Assembly: GCA_964016885.1 (NCBI GenBank)
Contig: OZ024742.1
Span: 149,544,001-149,608,000, forward strand
From: Eledone cirrhosa
Lineage: Eukaryota
Direction of reading: 5' to 3'
Length of the DNA stretch: 64,000 bases
Made by a program: the position numbers and the translations under genes. The notes beneath the pieces are model-generated. The model made no database searches, had not been told where the DNA came from, and saw nothing but the letters and a program-made list of their open reading frames with translations. This document shows positions 54,300 through 64,000 of the stretch, in pieces (positions within the stretch are counted from its first letter, which is position 1; every line of letters starts with the position of its first letter).

Positions 54300-55480
54300 G
54301 AGGGTGATGTGTGGGGTGTATGGAAAGGGTTATAGTGGATTAATTGGTTAGGAGGTGCCTACTAGATGTACGTTTGAGTCCATGTGTAAGGGAAGGTGGC
54401 TCTTCTGTATTACTGCATAATGCCAAAGATCTTGATCCTCTATCATTATCTTTGAGAGGTGCAATTGCACAAGGTCAGCTTTTATCACCTCATCCTAGGT
54501 ATTCTTGGATCTTCCTACTCCATAGCTTCCATCAATTTTGAGCTCCCTGCACCTTTTGATACAACAGTCGTCCTTTATATGCATCCAATGACCATACCAA
54601 TGCAATATCCTTTTTAGTATATAGCATCTGATCCCCCTTATGCCTAATTTCTCTCTCAGTTCATTTACGGTCTGCCATTTGTGTATATTACTATTACACA
54701 TCCATTGGAGCATGCATGCTTCATTTCTTTCCAATCTTTGCAGGTCCTCTGTGTAGAGTGCCCTTGTCTCACTACTATGTAACATTGTTGTTTGTATACA
54801 ATCTGCCCTTCATTTTTAGGGAAAAACCTTTTGTAGCTAACAGCGGTATTAACTCTCTGAACTTTCTCCATGCCATTCTTACTCTGGCTACTGTACTTTC
54901 ATAACACCCTTTTCCACTGCTGATTTCATCACTGGTAATGGAAAGTGTTGACTATTTTTATAGAACTGTCTGGGCATTTGAAGGAGCTAGTGTCCTGTAG
55001 GCACTTGCATCAGCCACATATAAAACGCATGTTCTTTGATAGCCTGCCTGTGATCCCACTACATCTTTAATGTACTCATAGCTTGTATTTTGGACATAGA
55101 ATGGAATTTCTACCTACTCCTTTCCTGCACACTGAGCAAGGTCATTTCCCAGAAGGCATCTAGGCTCTATTTTCCTTTCTACATACTAGAACTTTAGTCT
55201 TAGACAAGTTAACTTTAAGACCTTTTGATTCTAGGCCATGCTTCCAGGTTTGGAATTTCTTCTCTAGTTCTGCCATAGATTCAGCTATGAAAATTAGATC
55301 ATCGGCATATAGAAGTTCCCATGGGCAGCCAGTCTTAAACTCCACTGTTATAGCCTGAAGGACAATAATAAACAGGAGAGGGCTAAGGATGGAGCCTTGA
55401 TGAACACCTACTTGTATTTTATTTAGGTTAATTCGGTCCCTAATCAGCTGTATGATAACTCTTTCTGTGACCTTCATGTA
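54300..55480 (-). mobile_element. RTE LINE RT-to-3' fragment
   Basis: VGVHQGSILSPLLF..GCPWELLYADDL..GLKVNLSKTK; LHSSETRAL..LERNEACML. Confidence 0.92.
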
Positions 55481-55514
55481 TATATGTGTGTATATATATA
55501 TGTATGTGTATGTA

Positions 55515-55563
<49 letters not shown>

Positions 55564-56019
55564 ATATTATATATATATTATATATATATATATTATATAT
55601 ATATATTATATATATATTATATAATAGTGGGATGGGGGTGTATTTTGTTAGAGGTGCCTACTGACTGTAGGTTTCACTTTGTACTTAGGCAAGGCGGGTC
55701 TTCTGTATAACTGTGTAGCGCCAAAGATCTCGGTCCAGTGACATTGTCTTGGACCGAGATCTTTGGCGCTACATATATATTATATATATATTATATATAT
55801 ATATATATATTATATATATATATATATTATGTGGATTGGCAGTATCGGTAGAGGATCGGACGCCATGCTTTCCAGCATAGTTACGTCCCTTTACGATCTG
55901 AGTTCAAATCCCGCCGAGGTTGACTTTGCCTTTCATCCTTACGGGGGTCGATAAAATAAAGTACCAGTAATGCACTGGGTAATTGCTGGCCTTGTGCCTA
56001 AAGTAGAAACAATTATATA

Positions 56020-56740
56020 TACTAACAGGTAGGGAGAAATATGTATGCAGTAGATGTACAGGGAAATTAGACAGTAGAAGTTGCATTGATAGACACATTT
56101 TTCAGATGCAGGAGGGTGCTATAGAAGTGGTGGATAGCTTCCAGTACCTAGGAGATCAGATTAGCATGGGAGGAGGGTGTTCCGAGGCCATAGTATCTAG
56201 AATAAGGACGGGTTGGAAGAAGTTTAGGGAGCTGCTTCCTCTGTTGACGAAGAAGGGTTTCTCCCTGCGTACGAAAGGCCGGTTGTATGATGCCTGCGCG
56301 ATGCTGCATGGTTGTGAGACATGTGCAGCAACTGCAGAGGATATGCAACGGCTGGAGAGAAATGAGGCATGCATTCTCCGTTGGATGTGCAGTGTAAATG
56401 TGCGTGAACGACCCAGCATAAATGTGTTGAGAGAGAAACTGTGTCTGAGAGGGATAGAATGTAGTGTACGGGAGAGGAGACTGAGGTGGTATGGACATGT
56501 GATGTGCATGGAGGATGACCGATGGGTGAAGAAGTGCCAGGAAATGCCAGTTGAAGGAAGACGTGGTAGAGGTAGACCACGAAAAACATGGGCGGAGGTG
56601 GTGAGAACAGACCTCAGATCATTGAAGCTCACTATGGAGATGACGAAGGACCGTGACGAGTGGAGAGATGCTGTGCTGAATAAGACCTGTCCCACCCTTG
56701 CAAGCAGGGAAAAGCGGACGTAAAATGATGATGATGATGA
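56020..56740 (+). mobile_element. Relatively young RTE LINE 3' fragment with (ATG)n tail
   Basis: 205-aa open frame FQYLGDQI..GWKKFRELLPLL..RLRWYGHV..GRGRPRKTW..DRDEWR. Confidence 0.93.
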
Positions 56741-56790
56741 TATATTATATATATATTATATATATATTATATATATAATTATATATATAT

Positions 56791-56821
<31 letters not shown>

Positions 56822-56857
56822 ATATATATATATATATTATATATATATATATATATT

Positions 56858-57195
56858 ATCATCATCTTCGTTTAACGTCCGTATTCCACGCTTGCATGGG
56901 TTTGGACGGGAGTTTTCCCACTTGAGGCAAGAATGGTTGTCTTGCTCGCATAGGACTGTCTGGCAGGTTTTCTACGGCTGGATGCCCTTCCTAACACCAA
57001 CTTTTATGCTAAACTCTTCACTATATTCATTGTTAATTCTAACCTTGCTGACTGTTTCTTTATACATGGCTTGTATAGCTCTCACAAGCCATTCATCAAC
57101 ACCTAGTTTTCTAAGAACCCACCAGATAATGGAACGGGGGACTCTGTTGAAGGCTTTCTCCAAGTCGACAAAAGCTAAGTATAGGGGTTTACTTT
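56858..57195 (-). mobile_element. Chimera of an RTE RT internal fragment and a non-autonomous RTE-type tail
   Basis: KPLYLAFVDLEKAFNRVPRSIIWW..EEFSIKVGV joined at GTTGGTGTT to AGGAAGGGCATCCAGCCGTAG... Confidence 0.8.
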
Positions 57196-57265
57196 TATAT
57201 ATATATATATATATATAAATATATTATATATATATATATTATATATATATATTATATATATTATA

Positions 57266-57319
<54 letters not shown>

Positions 57320-57509
57320 ATGTATGTATGTATTTATTTTTTGTGTCTAATTGACTCTTCATGTGAGTGTGCATATTCATATATCTGTATATGATCGGCC
57401 TGTGGAAAAATATTCTTAAATTTCAAAGGTAATTTTTGAATTAATATCTCATTAGTCTTAAACAAAATAAGTCTGGCATCCCATTTTTCCATTTTTTTTT
57501 TTCATTTAC

Positions 57510-58657
57510 ATTAGTGTAGAAACTCCATTTTATGTCCCAAATGCAAAGTATGGGTGCATAAAAGATGTAGTGGGATCACAGGTAAGCTAACTAAGAACAT
57601 AGATTTTATATGTGGCCGGTGCTCTGGTGCAATAAGTAGCAGCAAGTGCCCACAGAATACTAGTTCATTCCATTGCATAGATGGTTCTATAGAAATAGTG
57701 GACACCTTCCGTTACTTGGGTGACAAAATCAGCAGTGGTGGAGGCTGCTCTGAAAGTACAGTAGCTAGAGTCAGAACTGGATGGAAAAAGTTCAGAGAGC
57801 TTATACCACTATTAGCCGCTAAAGGGTTCTCTCTAAAAATGAAAGGCAGGCTGTATGATGCCTGCATACGAACAGCAATGTTACATAGCAGTGAGACCTG
57901 GGCATTGTGTGCAGTGGATATACGCAGACTGGAGAGGAACGAAGCTTGCATGCTCCGCTGGATGTGTAATAGTAATATACGTGAATGGCAAAGCATAAAC
58001 GAACTAACGGAAAAATTAGAAATAAGAGGGATCAGATGTTGTTTACTCGAGAGAAGACTATGTTGGTATGGTCACGTGATGCGCATGAAAGACGACAGCT
58101 GTATGAAAAAGTGCAGGGCAATGAAAATAGACAGTAGCCACGGAGTAGGCAGACCCAGAAAAACCTGGGACGACTTGATAAATTCCGACCTCACACACTT
58201 ACACCTCTCCAAGACAATGTCACTGGACCGAGATCTTTGGCGCTATGCAGTAATACAGAAGACCCGCCTTACCTAAGTACAAAGTGAGTAGGCACCTCTA
58301 ACAAAAATACACCCCTGTCCCACTACCCCCACCCAATCCACACCACCCCTTTCAATGTAAAGTTATGTTGGTACCACAACATCCAGTCCGAAACAAATGA
58401 GGTCGTGTAGGTGTCACGACAAAAAAAACACACAGTCCACGCTGTAATGTGGCCATGTAGGTAACACGGTAAAAACCTCCCAGCCCCACACTGTAAACAT
58501 GGTTGGTGTTAGGAAGGGCATGCAGCCGTAGAAAACCCGCCAGACAGTCCTATGCGAGCAAGACAACCACTCTTGTCTCAAGTGGGAAAACTCCCGTCCA
58601 AACCCATGCAAGCGTGGAAGATGGACATTAAACGATGATGATGATGATGATGATGAT
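57510..58657 (+). mobile_element. RTE LINE 3' fragment (240-aa frame) followed by a non-autonomous RTE-type element
   Basis: HKRCSGITGKL..CGRC..FRYLGD..GRPRKTW. 58415-58657 ends in AAACG(ATG)n. Confidence 0.92.
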
Positions 58658-59082
58658 GTGTGTTAATTTTATTACTCTTCTTTTATCAGTTGATGAGTTT
58701 TTTTTTTTATACAAGAAAAGCTATTAACAGATGTTTTACAATGAAATTGCTGGAATCCTGGAAATTTATCCTACATTTCAAATATTGCCAGCACAGAAAA
58801 TAGACTTAATAAGCGTACTAATGTTATGAGATGAGGGATTAGATATCTGTAACTCTGTGTTGTATGTGTCTCTGTTTATGTAGATTTATTTCTATATATA
58901 TATATATACGATGTGTGTTTTTATGTGTGTGTGTGTTAGTGGTTATATATATATCATCATCGTTTTTATGATGATTTTTGCATCCTAGCTTGACAATGAT
59001 TTATAGATATATGCCATTTCTGACACCAACCCTTTTAGTTGGGTTTTACAACATGCAGGGATATATATATATATATATATAT

Positions 59083-59412
59083 CAGGGGCGAATCTTAAGT
59101 TGATCAATTGCGTCGGTTGAAGCAAGCAGAATTTTGGCTGCTTACTAAAACGTATAGACACAAAAAGATAACACACACACACACAAACACACGACAGCTT
59201 TGGGGAAAGCAGAATTTTGACTGCTTACTAAATCGTAGACACATAAAAGATAACACACACACACACACTAGATAACACTACATGCGGCTTTGACCGGGAG
59301 GGTCATTTAGAGGGAATTGGGGAGGGGGGGGGGGGGTAAGGCTGCACAACCCCACTTTCCACCATGGCGATTGTACTGCATGCCCTACTTTCCAGGTTAC
59401 CCTTCGCCACTG
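59083..59412. mobile_element. hAT-like MITE in (TA)n with internal tandem duplication
   Basis: CAGGGGCGAA...TTCGCCACTG TIRs; aagcagaattttg..cttactaaa..gacac..aaagataacacac occurs twice. Confidence 0.65.
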
Positions 59413-62400
59413 ATATATATATCCAGTCTGTCATTACACCAGAGATCCGACGAGCTTTTGATTCCAGAGTCGAGCCAGGTCGATACAGATCAAATCTTGA
59501 GCTGATCAATAGAGAAACACACGTCACCAATCAATAAATGTAATGAAGGCTTAACAAATCGTGCTTGTATTATTATATTATTATCATTATTATATAGTAT
59601 CGGTAGAGGGTCAGACGCCATGCTTTGAAGCATAGAGTTACCTCCCTTTATGATCTGAGTTCAAATGCCGCCGAGGTTAACTTTGCCCTTCATCCTTACA
59701 GGGTCGATAAAATAAAGTACCAGTAATGCACTGGGGTAATTGCTGGCCTTGTGCCAAAAGTAGAAACAATCATTATATATATATATATATATCAGCATCA
59801 TCATCCTCACCATCATTTAACATCTGTTCTCCATACTGCGCGCACGCACACACACACACACACACACAGCATATAAGCGAGCCACAGTTCCTGATGAGTC
59901 TTGGACACTAGCTCCGAGAAAGTACTGGCCTTTTTCTGTAATGACCCATCCAACGTATGAAAAAGAATGGGTGTAAAATGATGATGATACAATATATGGG
60001 TTTGTGTTTGTATCTATGTTTGTGTCCTGACGTAGCTCCTGTTCCCTTTCAGTATACATTAGAATAGAAGGAAGAGGAAGAAATTCTCTGTGCTATACTA
60101 TTACTATAATAGGATGTCAAACCCATACTTTATTATTGAAGTAGAAAGTTACATTAGATATTTTGTCTGGCTCTGCATAATTAGCACACCCAGTCACTCC
60201 TCTATCTTCTAAACCTAGCTACCCATCTCTGTTTTTTTTTGAGAAATATTTGTGTAGCACTATCCTCCTATGAATTCTCCCCCCCCCTCTCTCTCTCTCA
60301 TTCACTGCTCATCTCTATACCTGTCCCATATATATATATATACAAGCCATTTCTACTTTCATTGCTTGTCTCACACCTCCACTATCCAGCCAGTAATTAC
60401 TAAGTTCCTTTCAACACACCTTCCACTTAAATTAATTACCTATCCTACTTCAGAAAAAAATTTAACAAAAAAAAAAATAAAACAGCTGATATCTGAATCT
60501 ACATTGCATAATGTAAATGTTGTCTTAAATACATGATGCCTGGAGAAAAAAGAAAAACAAGATGGGATGATAATAGCTAGAATGCTTTTGATCATAGGTC
60601 TGCTTAAGTAGTGTTGACCTGTAGATAAACTACTGAGAATTATATAAATGGACTTTTCAGACTTCATTAATGAGAGAGTGCATATATGCATGTAATCACT
60701 AACATGGCTGTGAGTTCACTTTACAGCTACAGGTTTTGGAGATATAGCTTCTACTATAGTCTGAGGCTGACCAATAGCTTATGAGAGAAATTTGATCATT
60801 GGAAATTGTTTGAAAGCTTATTGTATCATCATCATCATTTAGCATTTGTTTTCCCTGCTAAGCAAGTGTTGGTTAAGTCATCACAGATGAGGTCAGTATT
60901 CAAGCAGACCTTATGACCTTTCTGATGGGCTGGGGGCTTATGTTTAACACTCAGCTTAGTGCATTTTATGACATCCGCACTAGGATGGTTGTAATATTTT
61001 GATACAGCTGAAAAGTATTTGTTTGGAATGTTGTCTATGACTGGATGCTCTTCCTATAACCAACCACTTTACATATGTGCCATAGGATAGAGGGGGCCTT
61101 TCAGCTGAGTCAATGACTAAAAACCTCCATACTACCAGTGCCACGAAATATGCACCCTGTACATTCTGCAAAGTGGTTTGTCATAGGAAGAGCAGTCATA
61201 GAAAACCTTCCAAATAAAGGCTTGGGCGGACTCTTCGACTGTGTCAATACATTATAATCTTCCATAAACAAACATCACTGCCAATGTGAAGGCATGGGGT
61301 GACACATACACACATATGTATATTATGCATATGTATACATGCACATGCATATATATATTATGCACATGCATGTCACCCCATATCTTCACATTGACATTAT
61401 TTTGGCAGTGATGTTTGATTATGACCTGCATAAACAATATGTCCCGCATCTCAAAACTTTGATGTGTGAAGGCCAGTGGAATACAAAAGGTAGATTAATA
61501 ATGGTTTCTAATGAAAACAGGTGTCTGCATCAGGAATAGCATTTGATCATAGGACACTACCTCAAGAGGTCTCATTCAACCCATGTCAACAAGGAAAAAA
61601 CAGATGTGATAAGGAGGAGGATGAAATAATAGAGAGGAAATGTGACAGAGGAAGTTGACAATAAGATGAACAAGAGAGAATGAGAAATCATTATCATTCT
61701 ATATGTGCTTTTTATGTTGTGATGGGGAAATAACAAATTTAGTATTAGTATTTTATATTCTTGCAGCAATTATGGTTGGTTGGCAGAATTGTTATAGCAC
61801 TGAAAAAAAAAAAAAAAAAAAAAGAGTTATGGCCCTTTATATTCTGGTTTCAAATCTCTCCAGGGTCAACTTTGCATTTCTGAGGTTTGATAAAATGAAG
61901 TACCAGTTAGGTACTGGGGTCAATATAATTGACTTCCTCCCTTTCTACAATTGCTGGCCCATATTAGAAACCTTGGGCAGTGGATTGGCAGTATTGGTAG
62001 AGCATCAGACACCATGCTTTGCAGCATAGAGTGGTGGCCCTTTGTGTTCTGAATTCAAATCCCACTGAGGTTAGCTTTACCTTTCATCCTGGGGGTCGAT
62101 AAAATAAAACACCAGTAATGCATTGCATTGGGGTCAATTTAATCGACTTCCCCTCCCCTTCAAATTGCTGGCCTTGTGCCTTTAGTAGAAACAATTATTA
62201 TCTGCCTTTGTATTTCACTCTTTCTTGCATTCTCTTTCATGTTATTTCTATCTCCATGTCTCTCATTTGTATGTCTAATCAAGACTGTTTTCTGCCCTCA
62301 CCTTCTTTGATGCACCACTTCAAAGGGGGTTTTCAGCGTGTTTGTGTCTGTTCGTTATTAATTTCTTTTTTAAAAATAGATTTCCTGTTTTATGTAGTTT

Positions 62401-63449
62401 AAGTGTTGATAAAATATTTTGCAATTTATTGAATATTTTCTTATTCTTATTATTGGCGTGGATAGGCAGTATCGCTAGAGCATCGGATAACATACTTTGT
62501 GGCATATAGTTACGTCCCTTTATGTTCTGAGTTTAAATGTAGCTGAGGTTAGGTTTGCCTTTCATCCTTATGGGGGTCGATGAAATAAAGTACCAGTAAT
62601 GCATAGGGGTCAATTTAATTGGCTTTCCCTCCATCAAAATTGTTGGCTTTGTACCTAAATCAGAAACCATTATTTTAAGGGAGAGTAAAGCAAACCCTTG
62701 GATTCAACAAGGTACTTATCAGTTATATTTCAATTTCACGGCAATGTGGAAAAACGTTTTATTTATTTATTTTTTTTTTTCACAATGAGCAAGCAAACAC
62801 ATGAAGACTGGTCTGTTGTATGAAAAATGCGTTTATGCAGCATATATCTATGTGTGTGTAGTGGATGTAGCATACATGTATGTATGTGTAGTGGATATAG
62901 CATATATCTATGTGTGTGTAGCGAATGCAGCAGGGTTAGATGATTGTGTTCGCTTTACTATCATTAGATCCCAGGTTCGGACTCACTGCATGGCATCTTG
63001 GACAAGTGTCATTTACCATAGTCTTGGGCTGACCCATGCCATATGAGTGAAACTAGGCAGAGAGAAACTATTTAGAAGCCTGTTACATGGATTATACTTG
63101 TAATTCAAAGAGCCAGCCTTGCCACACTGTCTCACACAGAATCTCCCTGGTACATTACAGGTACATTCCTGTGTAACACTCAGCCACATCTCTTGAGCAA
63201 GCTGTTCTGTTGATTGAGCAACTGCAATACACATCGTAGAAATCGATGGATGTTCATTCCATATGTGTGTATGAAGCACTAGCAAATGAGGGGTGCAATG
63301 TGGTGGGGTTTTACAAGTACTACAGTTGTTTCTGGTTCTTTTTGGTGGCTCTTCTTAGTCATGTTTCTGCCTCTCTTGGGTTATTCTCTTTCCTTGGCTC
63401 TGTCTCTCTCTCTCTCTCTCTCTCTCTGTTCCATATATATATATATATA

Positions 63450-63832
63450 TCATCATCATCATTTTATGTCCACTTTTCCCTGCTTGCAAGGGTGGGGCGG
63501 GAACTGATTCTGGCTTGATTTCTACAGCTGGATGCCCTTCTTAACACCAACCTCATTTACAGTGAGTGCTGGGTACTTTTTTTCCGTGGCCCTACACATC
63601 CACTTTACAGTGTAGGCTGGGTGCTTCTTTGCTGTGGCACCTCCACGGCCATTTTGTAGTGGAATGATAGGGACCCCACTCCCTATCATCTCATTTCTAC
63701 AGCTGAGTAAACTGGAGCAATGTGAAATAAAGTCTCTTGCTCAAGGAAACAACACATCACCTGGTCTGAGAATTGAACTCACAACCTTTCGATTGCAAGG
63801 CCAATGCTCTAACCACTAAGCCATGTGCCTCC
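63450..63832 (-). mobile_element. Full-length tRNA-CORE-RTE-tail SINE
   Basis: GGAGGCACATGGCTTAGTGGTTAGAGC...CCCACCCTTGCAAGCAGGGAAAAGTGGACATAAA(ATG)n. Confidence 0.88.
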
Positions 63833-63865
<33 letters not shown>

Positions 63866-64000
63866 AGCATCACTGATAGACATGGACATTCTACCACCAA
63901 TAGTATATACACACCCTCATGCAGGAAAGCATACACTCCTACATTACTATCCACTTCATCTCTCCCGATAAACCGTCAACCTCCTCTCTAGTAACTTCAT

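Overview
AT-rich animal DNA dense in microsatellites and repeats. The SINE families (tRNA-headed CORE-type and Meta-type) and the LINE mix point to a coleoid cephalopod, probably Octopus (inference). It is not prokaryotic: no CRISPR, rRNA or intact transposon ORF is visible. Most long ORFs in the track are (TA)n/(CA)n artefacts. The recognisable content is decayed mobile DNA: an internally deleted Helitron, many RTE-clade LINE pieces, Tx1/L1, R4/Dong, CRE and Penelope fragments, a hAT transposase remnant, piggyBac-, Tc1- and hAT-type MITEs, and more than 25 SINEs. Main signals: (1) a phase-consistent chain of minus-strand exons (25.9, 22.6, 9.7, 9.1, 4.9 and possibly 2.0 kb) giving about 180 aa that I cannot assign to a family; (2) an apparent switch from CpG-retaining to CpG-depleted DNA near 36 kb, with plus-strand exon candidates; (3) recurrent snap-back palindromes at (TA)n arrays; (4) two convergent tRNA-like Pol III units inside an inverted cassette; (5) Penelope-type minimal hammerhead ribozyme motifs; (6) closely spaced inverted SINE pairs and nested MITEs. 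Repeat-fragment boundaries are approximate.
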